From assembly GCA_017467885.1 (NCBI GenBank), contig JAFUKC010000002.1:73799-137798 (forward strand): a DNA stretch of 64,000 bases. Direction: 5' to 3'. The position numbers were made by a program, and so were the translations under genes. The stretch is from Bacteroidaceae bacterium (GTDB lineage: Bacteria; Bacteroidota; Bacteroidia; Bacteroidales; Bacteroidaceae). Positions 50,324 through 59,698 of this stretch are shown here, piece after piece; within the stretch, counting starts at the first letter, position 1, and each line of letters begins with the position of its first letter. The notes below the pieces were generated by a model. It saw nothing but the letters and a program-made list of their open reading frames with translations. It did not search any database and was not told the DNA's origin.

Positions 50324-51583
50324 ATGAAAAGGTTTATATTCTCAATTTTCATAGCAATGTTGCTATATGTGGTACCTGTATTCTCGCAAAATTCGATAAG
50401 CGAGATGAGGCGTAAGGCCGGTGATTTGCAGGCGCAGATTAGCGAAAAGGAGTCGATACTTCTTTCATCTAAGAAAGATGTAGCCAGTAAATTGCAGGAT
50501 GTTGAATTGCTGTCGGCGCAGATAAAGGAACGAAAAGGTTTGATTGATGTGTTGCGTGGCGAGGTTGCTTTGCTCGATAAGGAAATAACCCGCTTGGACA
50601 TCGAAGTAAGAGTAAAGGAGGAAAAGGTGGAAAAGAGCCGTAATGAATATGCATCGGCTTTACGGCGTATGTGCCGGAACGGCTCGTTTCAAGATAAATT
50701 ATTGTTTATTGTCTCGGCAAATGATTTCAATACCATGTTACGTCGCTACAGATATACTCGCGAATATATGAATGCGCATCATAAGCTTGGCAATGATTTG
50801 AAACTGCAACTTGATACACTGAAGGTTAAACGTCTGCATCTGGATTCTGCCCGGAACGAGAAAGCGTTGTCGTTAAAATTGCAGAATGAACAAAAAAATA
50901 CACTCGAACGATTGGAATCGGAGCAACGAAGGTTGATTTCTGAATTGCAACAGGAGTCGCGTAAAGTTGAGAAAGAACTTAAAAGACAACAAAAGCAACT
51001 TAAAGCGCTGAACGACGAAATAGAGCTTGCGATTGAACGCGAAATAGAGAAACGTAAAAAGGCCGAGTTAGCAGCTCGCAAACGCAAAGAACAGGGTAAA
51101 AACGAAGGACAAAGTTCTAGTGTACCTAAAGATGATATAAAAGAGAATAGTGAGGAGATTAGGAAAATGAGCGGCTCTTTTGCCGATAACAAAGGACAAA
51201 TGCCGGTGCCTATTACAGGCCCATATCATCTGGTGAGCAGCTTTGGAACTCAGCGTGGCGTGTCGGGTAAAGGAAATGTCATGATTGACTATGGCGGTAT
51301 TACATTGCAGGGTAAAACCGGGGCTCGTGCCCGTTGTATCTTTGATGGCAAGGTAACCTCGGTGGTTCGTTCCGATGATTTTGCTTTTGTAATTGTGCGT
51401 CATGGCAGCTATCTGACGGTTTATTGCCGCTTGAGCAATATTTGTGTAAAAGAGGGTGATAAGGTGAAGGCCGGTGATATACTCGGCGATATTGCAACCG
51501 ATGCATCGGGGCATACGCGTATCCTTTTCCAGTTGCGAAAGGAGAAAGCCAAGCTGAATCCTGCACAATGGCTTAAGTTATAA
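50324..51583 (+). CDS. EnvC-like murein hydrolase activator (coiled coil plus degenerate LytM/M23 domain)
   Basis: Signal peptide, long coiled coil rich in K/E/Q/L, and a C-terminal M23 fold. The usual HxH block reads ILFQLR, and YxHL reads YCRL. Confidence 0.75.
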   Translation: MKRFIFSIFIAMLLYVVPVFSQNSISEMRRKAGDLQAQISEKESILLSSKKDVASKLQDVELLSAQIKERKGLIDVLRGEVALLDKEITRLDIEVRVKEEKVEKSRNEYASALRRMCRNGSFQDKLLFIVSANDFNTMLRRYRYTREYMNAHHKLGNDLKLQLDTLKVKRLHLDSARNEKALSLKLQNEQKNTLERLESEQRRLISELQQESRKVEKELKRQQKQLKALNDEIELAIEREIEKRKKAELAARKRKEQGKNEGQSSSVPKDDIKENSEEIRKMSGSFADNKGQMPVPITGPYHLVSSFGTQRGVSGKGNVMIDYGGITLQGKTGARARCIFDGKVTSVVRSDDFAFVIVRHGSYLTVYCRLSNICVKEGDKVKAGDILGDIATDASGHTRILFQLRKEKAKLNPAQWLKL

Positions 51584-51588
51584 TAATC

Positions 51589-51620
51589 TTTGTATATTAT
51601 AACAATTTTTTATAAGTTTG
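51589..51620 (+). promoter_or_regulatory. Candidate promoter of lpdA (TTTG, 20 nt, TAagTTTG)
   Basis: tttg at 51589-51592 and taagtttg at 51613-51620. Confidence 0.5.
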
Positions 51621-51678
51621 CAAGAACCGATTTTAAGGTTTTTGTAAATACAGGAAATAACAGATAAACAAATATCAT

Positions 51679-53031
51679 ATGTACGATTTAGCAATACTTG
51701 GCGGTGGTCCGGCCGGTTATGTTGCGGCTGAAAACGCCGGGGCAAAAGGACTTAAAGTTGTTTTGTTTGAGAAAGGAGAGTTAGGTGGTGTCTGTCTTAA
51801 TGAAGGATGTATACCGACAAAAACCCTCCTCTACAGTGCAAAAATGTATGACCATGCCCGAGGAGGGAAAAAGTATGGCATTACAACCGAGAATGTGGCC
51901 TATGACTACAAGAAAATTGCCGACCGCAAAACAAAGGTTGTACGCAAACTTGTAGCCGGTATCAAAATGAAGATGGAGCACAATAATGTAGAGGTTGTTC
52001 GTGGTGATGCATATATACAGAGTGGTAGCGAGACCTCCATAGTTATTACCTGTAATACTCAAAGTTTCGAGGCTGCCCACCTGCTTGTGTGTACCGGTAG
52101 TGAGGCGTTTGTACCGTCTATACCCGGTGTGAAGGATAACGATGCTATAGTAACTAATCGCGAAGTATTGTCGTTCACTGCAGCTCCCGAGAGCCTTGTG
52201 ATTATAGGTGGCGGTGTAATTGGAATGGAATTTGCAAGTTTCTACAACAGCCTTGGTATTCCGGTGACGGTGATAGAGATGTTGCCCGAGATATTGGGTG
52301 GTTTGGATAAAGAGGTGAGTGAAATGTTGCGTGGAATATATTCAAAGAAGGGCATTACATTTAACCTGTCTTGCAAGGTTACGAAGATAGAAGGACATAA
52401 GGTGTTTTATACCGATTCAGAAGGAAACGAACATAATGTCGATGGCGACAAGATATTGATGAGCGTCGGTCGTCGTCCTGTGCTCGACGGTTTCGGGTTG
52501 GAGAATATCCCCGTGGTTGTAGAACGCGGTATAAAGGTGAATGAGTATATGCAGACAAGTATGCAGAATGTGTATGCAGCAGGTGATGTTACGGGCTTCT
52601 CGTTGTTGGCGCATACTGCAAGCCGTGAGGGAGAAGTTGCGGTGAATCATATATTGGGCATTGAAGATAAGATGGAATACAACGCCATCCCCGGAATTGT
52701 ATATACCAACCCCGAGGTAAGTTGTGTCGGTATTACAGAGGAGCAGGCCCAATCGCAAGGTTTGGAATACAAAATAAGCAAGTTGCCTATGGCGTATGCA
52801 GGCAGGTTTGTTGCCGAGAACGAAGGGCAGATGGGGTTGTGCAAGATTCTTGTTTCAGCCGAGAATAAAGTTCTTGGTGTACATATGCTCGGTAATACCT
52901 CTAGTGAATTTATCTGTGCTGCATGCATGGCAATAACCAATGGTATCAAGGTTGAGGAACTTAAAAGAACGGTATTTCCTCATCCTACGGTGTGTGAGAT
53001 TCTAAAGGAGGGGTTATTCGAGATGGCATGA
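51679..53031 (+). CDS. lpdA: Dihydrolipoyl dehydrogenase
   Basis: GGGPAGY FAD motif, redox disulfide CLNEGCIPTK, 450 aa. Confidence 0.9.
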   Translation: MYDLAILGGGPAGYVAAENAGAKGLKVVLFEKGELGGVCLNEGCIPTKTLLYSAKMYDHARGGKKYGITTENVAYDYKKIADRKTKVVRKLVAGIKMKMEHNNVEVVRGDAYIQSGSETSIVITCNTQSFEAAHLLVCTGSEAFVPSIPGVKDNDAIVTNREVLSFTAAPESLVIIGGGVIGMEFASFYNSLGIPVTVIEMLPEILGGLDKEVSEMLRGIYSKKGITFNLSCKVTKIEGHKVFYTDSEGNEHNVDGDKILMSVGRRPVLDGFGLENIPVVVERGIKVNEYMQTSMQNVYAAGDVTGFSLLAHTASREGEVAVNHILGIEDKMEYNAIPGIVYTNPEVSCVGITEEQAQSQGLEYKISKLPMAYAGRFVAENEGQMGLCKILVSAENKVLGVHMLGNTSSEFICAACMAITNGIKVEELKRTVFPHPTVCEILKEGLFEMA

Positions 53032-53137
53032 ACTCCCGATGGCTTGTACATTTAGTGAAATAAATTTAAACAAAATATAAAAAATTAGGTTTATTAAATA
53101 AATAACCGTTTTTTTGTATAAAAATATAAATACAGAT

Positions 53138-54439
53138 ATGAGACAGTGTAAGGTAAAGCCGGCAAATGGCAGGTTAGGTGTAATGTGCGTAGGTTTGGGT
53201 GCTGTCACCACGACCACAATAATAGGAGCACTAATGTCCCGTAAAGGGTTGTCAAAACCTACCGGCTCTTTTGCTTGTGACGGCATAATGCGTTTGGGCA
53301 GGGGCAGCGAGAAAGTTTATAAAGAGGTTAAAAATATTATTCCGATAGCAGATTTGAATGATATTGTTTTCGGGGCATGGGATATATATGAAGATAATGC
53401 GTATGAAGCTGCTGTCAGGGCCAATGTGCTTAAACCTTGTGATGTAGAGCCTGTTAAAGATGAGTTATTGGCAATACGTCCGTATAAGGCTCTTTTTGAC
53501 AAGAGTTATGCGACAAATATCGATGGGCCAAACGTAAAGGTTGGTGATACACGTTGGGAACTTACCGGGCAGTTGCGCGATGATATAAAACATTTCAAGA
53601 AGGAAAATAATTGCGAACGTGTGGTTGTTATATGGATTGCCAGCACCGAGAAATATATACCTCGTGACGATGCAGCGCATGGCAGTATTGCTGCTTTTGA
53701 GGCTGCAATGAAGGCCAATGATGTAGAACGTGTTGCACCCAGCATGTGTTATGCCTATGCTGCAATGAGCGAAGGATGTCCTTTTGTGATGGGTGCTCCC
53801 AATCTCTGTATCGACATTCCTGCAATGTGGGAGCTTGCCGAAAAATGTGTTGTTCCAATTGCAGGAAAGGATTTTAAGAGTGGTCAGACGATGATGAAGA
53901 CAGTGTTGGCACCGGCATTTTTTACACGTCAATTGGGTGTTACCGGTTGGTTCTCAACAAATATATTGGGTAATCGTGATGGTATTGTACTTGATGCTCC
54001 CGAGAACTTCGAAACAAAGCGTCGCAGTAAGATGTCGGCTGTAGAAAATATTCTGGATAGTGATGTATATCCCGATTTATATTCCGATATATATCATAAG
54101 GTACGTATTAACTACTATCCTCCGCGTGGTGATGAAAAAGAGAGCTGGGATAATATAGATATTTTCGGTTGGATGGGTTATCCGATGACAATAAAGGTGA
54201 ATTTCTTATGTCGCGACTCTATCTTGGCTGCACCCCTGGTACTCGACCTTATACTCTTCAGCGATGTGGCTTTACGTGCCGGATTATATGGCATTCAGGG
54301 TTTTATGTCGTTCTATTGTAAGGCACCGATGCACAAAGACGGTGAAAAACCTGTACACGACTTATTTAAACAGTTTGCGATGTTGAAAAATAAAATACGC
54401 GAACTTGCGGGGTATGAGCCCGATCAGGAATTGGATTAA
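53138..54439 (+). CDS. Inositol-3-phosphate synthase (myo-inositol-1-phosphate synthase)
   Basis: GVMCVGLGAVTTTTIIG Rossmann N-terminus and the NFLCRDSILAAPLVLDL block typical of bacterial/archaeal MIPS. I chose the ATG at 53138 rather than the TTG at 53114. Confidence 0.85.
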   Translation: MRQCKVKPANGRLGVMCVGLGAVTTTTIIGALMSRKGLSKPTGSFACDGIMRLGRGSEKVYKEVKNIIPIADLNDIVFGAWDIYEDNAYEAAVRANVLKPCDVEPVKDELLAIRPYKALFDKSYATNIDGPNVKVGDTRWELTGQLRDDIKHFKKENNCERVVVIWIASTEKYIPRDDAAHGSIAAFEAAMKANDVERVAPSMCYAYAAMSEGCPFVMGAPNLCIDIPAMWELAEKCVVPIAGKDFKSGQTMMKTVLAPAFFTRQLGVTGWFSTNILGNRDGIVLDAPENFETKRRSKMSAVENILDSDVYPDLYSDIYHKVRINYYPPRGDEKESWDNIDIFGWMGYPMTIKVNFLCRDSILAAPLVLDLILFSDVALRAGLYGIQGFMSFYCKAPMHKDGEKPVHDLFKQFAMLKNKIRELAGYEPDQELD

Positions 54440-54459
54440 TAATAAATCAGATAGAGTAG

Positions 54460-54500
54460 AAATATGCAATAACCTAATATTATTGCATATTTTTACTTTT
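54460..54500 (+). terminator. AT-rich intrinsic terminator after the MIPS gene
   Basis: aaatatgcaataa / ttattgcatattt 13-bp stem followed by T-rich sequence. Confidence 0.55.
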
Positions 54501-54532
54501 TGTAGCTGTTTATATAAATAAAGTTGCAATTA

Positions 54533-54565
54533 TTTGTATTATGTGGTTAAATATGCGTATATTTG
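54533..54565 (+). promoter_or_regulatory. Candidate promoter of the argR operon (TTTG, 21 nt, TAtaTTTG)
   Basis: tttg at 54533-54536 and tatatttg at 54558-54565. Confidence 0.5.
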
Positions 54566-54588
54566 CATCTGTAAAGAATAAATATTCG
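54554..54588 (+). promoter_or_regulatory. Two tandem ARG-box-like operators, 21 bp centre to centre
   Basis: Box 2 aGAATaaatATTCg (54575-54588) matches 8 of 10 conserved positions of TGAATwwwwATTCA. Box 1 TGcgTatatTTGCA (54554-54567) matches 6 of 10 and overlaps the -7 box. Confidence 0.55.
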
Positions 54589-54614
54589 ATAAATGTAACG
54601 TAAACAGCATAATC

Positions 54615-55097
54615 ATGAAAATAAAAAATTCGCGTCTTGATGCAATTCGCCTGATTCTCTCAACACAAGAGGTTGGCAGTCAGGAAGAGTTGCTCAACGA
54701 ACTTGCAAAGGAGGGATTCAAACTGACACAGGCTACATTGTCACGCGATTTACATCAGTTGCGCGTGGTAAAGACAGTTGGGGTAAAAGGACGATACCGA
54801 TATGTACTGACTCGTCCGCAACAGTATCGTCATGAAGGTGCATCAGGGGAGATGCGTCCGGTGGTTTCACCACAAGAGAGTGTCGGTTATCAATCGATTA
54901 AATTCTCGGGAAACATAGCTGTTATCCACACTCGTCCAAGTTATGCAAGTACACTCGCATATCATATTGATGGATGTGATTTTCCCGAAATTATAGGTAC
55001 AATTGCCGGTGATGATACAGTGTTGCTCGTAATGTCCGAGGATGCTACAAAAGGGGCAGTATTGCGTGCTTTACGCACAATAATCCCGAATATATAA
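54615..55097 (+). CDS. argR: Arginine repressor
   Basis: Winged-helix N-terminus SQEELLNELAKEGFKLTQATLSRDL and C-terminal GTIAGDDTVLLV oligomerisation/arginine-binding motif. Confidence 0.92.
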   Translation: MKIKNSRLDAIRLILSTQEVGSQEELLNELAKEGFKLTQATLSRDLHQLRVVKTVGVKGRYRYVLTRPQQYRHEGASGEMRPVVSPQESVGYQSIKFSGNIAVIHTRPSYASTLAYHIDGCDFPEIIGTIAGDDTVLLVMSEDATKGAVLRALRTIIPNI

Positions 55098-55108
55098 TTT
55101 TATAAACA

Positions 55109-55675
55109 ATGGAGAAAGAGAATAAAACCGATGATATTCAGGTTCTTATAGCCAATGCTTCACACGAGGTATATGTAGATGAGATACTTGAAACGATAAG
55201 TGCTGCAGCAAAGGTGAGAGGTACAGGAATTGCAAAGCGTACCCATGAATATGTTGCTCAGAAGATGAAGGAGGGCAAGGCTGTTATAGCACTTTGTAAT
55301 GGCAGATTTGCAGGATTTTGCTATATTGAGAGTTGGGGAAATAAACAGTATGTGGCTAATTCAGGTCTTATAGTAGCAGATGAATTTCGTCGTCACGGAT
55401 TGGCAAAGCGTATTAAGAAAACTGCTTTTGAACTGTCGCGCAAAATGTGGCCCGAAGCAAAATTATTTGGATTGACAAGCGGTGGCGCTGTTATGAAGAT
55501 TAATACCGAGCTTGGTTATGTACCTGTTCCTTTCTCGGAACTTACCGATGATGAGGCTTTCTGGAAAGGTTGTCAAGGTTGTGTAAACCACGATGTTTTG
55601 GAACGTACAGGACGTCGTTATTGTATTTGTACAGCAATGCTGTACGACCCCGAGACGCATAAAAAGGATAAATGA
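55109..55675 (+). CDS. GNAT-family acyltransferase embedded in the arginine operon
   Basis: 188 aa, acyl-CoA binding block RRHGLAKRIKK, Cys-rich C-terminus (CQGC...CIC). Confidence 0.75.
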   Translation: MEKENKTDDIQVLIANASHEVYVDEILETISAAAKVRGTGIAKRTHEYVAQKMKEGKAVIALCNGRFAGFCYIESWGNKQYVANSGLIVADEFRRHGLAKRIKKTAFELSRKMWPEAKLFGLTSGGAVMKINTELGYVPVPFSELTDDEAFWKGCQGCVNHDVLERTGRRYCICTAMLYDPETHKKDK

Positions 55676-55687
55676 TGTAATTTATAA

Positions 55688-56908
55688 ATGAGCAAAAATA
55701 ATATGAACGATAAGAAAAAAGTTGTTGTAGCATTCAGCGGTGGATTGGATACCTCGTTTACAGTAATGTATCTGGCCAAAGAGAAGGGGTATGAAGTGTA
55801 TGCAGCATGTGCCAATACCGGCGGTTTCAGTGCCGAACAGTTGAAACAGAATGAAGAGAATGCATATAAATTGGGAGCAACAAAATATGTGACTCTTGAT
55901 GTTACACAAGAGTACTACGAGAAGAGTTTACGCTATATGGTGTACGGAAATGTATTGCGTAATGGTACATATCCGATATCTGTCTCTTCTGAACGTATCT
56001 TTCAGGCGTTGGCCATTGCCCGGTATGCCAATGAGATAGGAGCATCGGCTATCGCACATGGTTCCACCGGTGCCGGTAACGACCAGATTCGTTTCGATAT
56101 GACATTTCTTGTGCTTGCTCCGGGTGTAGAGATAATTACTCTTACACGAGATATGGCACTGACACGTGAATACGAGATAAACTATTTGAATGAGCATGGT
56201 TTCAAAGCCGATTTTGAGAAATTGAAGTATTCATATAATGTGGGAATATGGGGAACTTCCATTTGTGGTGGTGAAATTCTGGATTCGACACAGGGCCTGC
56301 CCGAGAGTGCCTATCTGAAACAGGTTACCAAGGACAGTAGTGAGGAGTTGCGTCTTACCTTCGATAAAGGAGAACTTAAGTCTGTAAATGGAACGGCTTT
56401 CGATGATCCTATAAAGGCTATACAGGCTGTTGAGGAGATTGGCGCTGCGTATGGAATAGGTCGTGATATGCATGTTGGTGATACCATTATCGGGATAAAA
56501 GGTCGTGTGGGCTTCGAGGCTGCTGCTCCAATGATAATAATAGGTGCACATAAATTCCTCGAAAAATATACCTTGAGTAAATGGCAACAGTATTGGAAGG
56601 ATCAAGTGGCCAATTGGTATGGAATGTTTTTGCACGAGAGTCAATATCTCGAGCCGGTAATGCGTGACATCGAAGCCATGCTCGAAAATTCACAACGCAA
56701 TGTAAGTGGCACTGTGATATTGCGACTCTCTCCCAAAAACTTTGAAACAGTTGGCGTAGATTCACCTAACGACCTTGTAAAAAGCAAGTTTGGAGAGTAT
56801 GGCGAGATGCAGAAGGGTTGGACTGCCGAAGATGCCAAAGGCTTCATAAAGGTTACCTCTACGCCGTTGCGTGTGTATTATACAAATCATCCTGACGAGA
56901 AAATATAG
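55688..56908 (+). CDS. argG: Argininosuccinate synthase
   Basis: AFSGGLDTS ATP-pyrophosphatase motif, 406 aa. Confidence 0.95.
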   Translation: MSKNNMNDKKKVVVAFSGGLDTSFTVMYLAKEKGYEVYAACANTGGFSAEQLKQNEENAYKLGATKYVTLDVTQEYYEKSLRYMVYGNVLRNGTYPISVSSERIFQALAIARYANEIGASAIAHGSTGAGNDQIRFDMTFLVLAPGVEIITLTRDMALTREYEINYLNEHGFKADFEKLKYSYNVGIWGTSICGGEILDSTQGLPESAYLKQVTKDSSEELRLTFDKGELKSVNGTAFDDPIKAIQAVEEIGAAYGIGRDMHVGDTIIGIKGRVGFEAAAPMIIIGAHKFLEKYTLSKWQQYWKDQVANWYGMFLHESQYLEPVMRDIEAMLENSQRNVSGTVILRLSPKNFETVGVDSPNDLVKSKFGEYGEMQKGWTAEDAKGFIKVTSTPLRVYYTNHPDEKI

Positions 56909-57031
56909 AAACTGTTTTAATCATTCCAAACTTTTTGTCGTTGATTGAATTCAAAACAACCGTTAAAAGGCGGATATGATTATACGGCTCAAAAATATAA
57001 ATTTAATAAATTCAAAACAGCTTCTTAATAT

Positions 57032-58000
57032 ATGATACGAGTTGGTATTATCGGTGGTGCCGGATATACGGCCGGTGAACTTATCAGACTGTTGATTGGG
57101 CATCCCGAAGTAGAAATTTGTTTTATAAACAGCAGTAGCAATGCCGGAAACAGTGTAACAGATGTGCACTCGGGATTACTGGGTGAGACCGATTTGCTCT
57201 TTACCGATGAGTTGCCATTAGAGGATATAGACTTGCTCTTTTTCTGTACGGCACATGGAGATACACGTAAGTTCCTCGACAGCCACATGTTGCCCGACGA
57301 ATTGAAAGTAATAGATCTTTCAATGGATTATCGCATAAAAAGTTGCGAACATGATTTTATCTATGGTTTGCCTGAGTTGAACCGTCGCAACACCTGTAAG
57401 AGCCGTTTCGTTGCCAATCCGGGTTGCTTTGCTACCTGTATAGAGTTAGCTCTGTTGCCACTTGCCAAACATCACTTGCTTTCGGGTGAAATATATGTAA
57501 ATGCAATTACAGGAAGTACGGGTGCCGGAGTGAAACCTTCGGCAACAACTCATTTCAGTTGGCGAAATAATAATATGAGTATATATAAACCATTCGAGCA
57601 CCAACACCTTCCCGAAATATTACAAAGCATAAAGCAATTGCAACCCGATTTTAATGGCGAGATTAACTTTATTCCTTATCGTGGTGATTTTGCCCGTGGT
57701 ATTTTTGCTACAGTGGTTGTTGAGTGCGACAAGGATATAGAAACGTTGTATAATATGTATGAAGAATATTATGAACGTGACTCTTTTACACATGTTGTAC
57801 CCCGTCCTCTCGATTTGAAACAGGTTGTGAATACAAACAAATGTCTGATTCATTTAGAGAAACATGGCAGAAAGTTGCTTATAACATCTATTATAGATAA
57901 TTTGTTGAAAGGAGCAAGCGGACAGGCTGTACACAATATGAACCTGTTGTTTGGTCTTGAAGAGAGTGTTGGGTTGCAATTGAAGCCTTCGGCTTTTTAA
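57032..58000 (+). CDS. argC: N-acyl-gamma-glutamyl-phosphate reductase
   Basis: GGAGYTAGELIRLL Rossmann motif and the active-site Cys in ANPGCFAT. Confidence 0.93.
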   Translation: MIRVGIIGGAGYTAGELIRLLIGHPEVEICFINSSSNAGNSVTDVHSGLLGETDLLFTDELPLEDIDLLFFCTAHGDTRKFLDSHMLPDELKVIDLSMDYRIKSCEHDFIYGLPELNRRNTCKSRFVANPGCFATCIELALLPLAKHHLLSGEIYVNAITGSTGAGVKPSATTHFSWRNNNMSIYKPFEHQHLPEILQSIKQLQPDFNGEINFIPYRGDFARGIFATVVVECDKDIETLYNMYEEYYERDSFTHVVPRPLDLKQVVNTNKCLIHLEKHGRKLLITSIIDNLLKGASGQAVHNMNLLFGLEESVGLQLKPSAF

Positions 58001-58041
58001 GACCGAGGTTTTGCAACTTTTAAGTATTAAAGATTATTGAT

Positions 58042-59169
58042 ATGGACTTATATAATGTATATTCATTGTTCGATGTGAACATCGTAAAAGGAGAAGGTTG
58101 CAAGGTGTGGGACGATAAAGGTGTGGAATATCTTGATATGTATGGTGGCCATGCAGTAATATCGATAGGACATTCTCATCCTCGATACGTCGAGTCTATT
58201 AGCAGTCAGGTCGCAAAATTGGGCTTTTATTCAAATTCGGTTATCAATCGTTTGCAAGAACAGGTGGCCGAGACCTTGGGTCGTATAAGCGGTTACGATG
58301 ATTACAGTCTGTTTTTTATCAATTCGGGTGCCGAGGCAAACGAGAATGCTTTAAAACTTGCATCGTTTCATAATGGACGTACTCGGGTAATCGCATTTGA
58401 CAAGGCTTTTCATGGACGCACGTCACTTGCTGTCGAGATTACCGATAATCCTAAAATAATAGCTCCTATAAATAGCAATGGCCACACAACATATCTTCCA
58501 TTGAATAATATCGAAGATGTGAGGGCTGAATTGGCAAAAGGTGATGTCTCGGCTGTGATTATCGAGGGAATACAGGGGGTAGGCGGTATTCGTATCCCAT
58601 CCTCCGATTTTCTTAAACAACTTAAAGAGGCATGCGAGGAGTACTCAGCGGTGTTGGTGTTGGATGAAATACAGAGTGGCTGTGGGCGCAGTGGAAAGTT
58701 TTTTGCTCATCAATGGGCCGGAATCCGCCCCGATATAATAACTGTAGCCAAGGGTATAGGAAATGGGTTCCCGGTGGCATGTGTGTTGATAAGCCCTAAA
58801 TTTAAGCCTGTCGCAGGGCAATTGGGAACCACCTTTGGTGGGAACCATCTTGCTTGTGCTGCTGTGCAGTCGGTTTTAGATACAATGGACTGCGAGAATC
58901 TGCTTGATAATGTTAATAGCGTTGGCGCTTATCTTATGCAAGAACTTGCAAAAATTGAATGTATAAAGGATGTTCGTGGTAAGGGGCTTATGATAGGTTT
59001 GGAATTTGAGGAGCCTATTAAGGATATCCGTCGCAAGTTGTTGTATGACGAGCATGTGTTTACGGGTGTAAGTGGAACAAATGTTATTCGTCTGTTGCCA
59101 CCTTTGTCACTCTCAATGGAGCAGGCCGGTGAATTTATTGAACGATTAAAAAGAGTGTTGGGCATGTAG
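58042..59169 (+). CDS. argD: Acyl-ornithine aminotransferase (class III PLP aminotransferase)
   Basis: 375 aa, LDEIQSGCGRSGKFF and PLP-lysine region TVAKGIGNGFP. Confidence 0.9.
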   Translation: MDLYNVYSLFDVNIVKGEGCKVWDDKGVEYLDMYGGHAVISIGHSHPRYVESISSQVAKLGFYSNSVINRLQEQVAETLGRISGYDDYSLFFINSGAEANENALKLASFHNGRTRVIAFDKAFHGRTSLAVEITDNPKIIAPINSNGHTTYLPLNNIEDVRAELAKGDVSAVIIEGIQGVGGIRIPSSDFLKQLKEACEEYSAVLVLDEIQSGCGRSGKFFAHQWAGIRPDIITVAKGIGNGFPVACVLISPKFKPVAGQLGTTFGGNHLACAAVQSVLDTMDCENLLDNVNSVGAYLMQELAKIECIKDVRGKGLMIGLEFEEPIKDIRRKLLYDEHVFTGVSGTNVIRLLPPLSLSMEQAGEFIERLKRVLGM

Positions 59170-59202
59170 GAGTACGGTTTAATACTTGTACAAGTTATCT
59201 TT

Positions 59203-59238
59203 AACCTATGGAAACATTAGTTTCCGTAGGTTTTTTTT
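59203..59238 (+). terminator. Intrinsic terminator of the arg operon
   Basis: 13-bp stem aacctatggaaac / gtttccgtaggtt with one G-U pair, followed by 8 T. Confidence 0.85.
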
Positions 59239-59419
59239 AGATTGTATGGAAAGATATTTATATGAATTGTCAATTTTTACACATTACCCCAATTCTTGTT
59301 AAGAAAATCCCGACCATTCGAACTAAAGAAAATATCTCTCGTTTTTTCTGTGAGTGGGATGACGATTCCTTTTGTAATCTTCGTCCGATGTATTTAATAA
59401 TATTTTAAAATGGTTTGTC

Positions 59420-59662
59420 ATGTATTGGATTTGGTACATTATTATTGGAGCCGTTGCAGGTTTCGTTGCCGGTAAGATTATGCGCGGAGGCGGTTTTGGT
59501 CTCATTGTAAATCTGCTGTTGGGTATTGTTGGCGGTATTGTCGGTGGTTGGCTGTTCGGGCTGCTTGGTATTCCCAGCGCCGGGCTTATCGGCAGTTTGG
59601 CTACATCTATAGTGGGTGCAATATTGTTGCTTTGGGTTGCATCGTTATTCAGGAGGTCGTAA
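59420..59662 (+). CDS. GlsB/YeaQ/YmgE-family stress-response membrane protein
   Basis: 80 aa, Gly-rich TM helices (IIIGAVAGFVAGKIMRGGGFG, LLLGIVGGIVGGWLFG). Confidence 0.85.
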   Translation: MYWIWYIIIGAVAGFVAGKIMRGGGFGLIVNLLLGIVGGIVGGWLFGLLGIPSAGLIGSLATSIVGAILLLWVASLFRRS

Positions 59663-59698
59663 TATGCGACAATTATTAATAATTTAATCTTTTTAATT

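Noticed and set aside
56909-57031. Possible second ARG operator or internal promoter in the argG-argC gap (ttgattgaattcaaaacaac, aataaattcaaaac)
   Set aside because: The GAAT and ATTC half-sites are not separated by the 4 nt required by the ARG box pattern, and no TAnnTTTG box is present.
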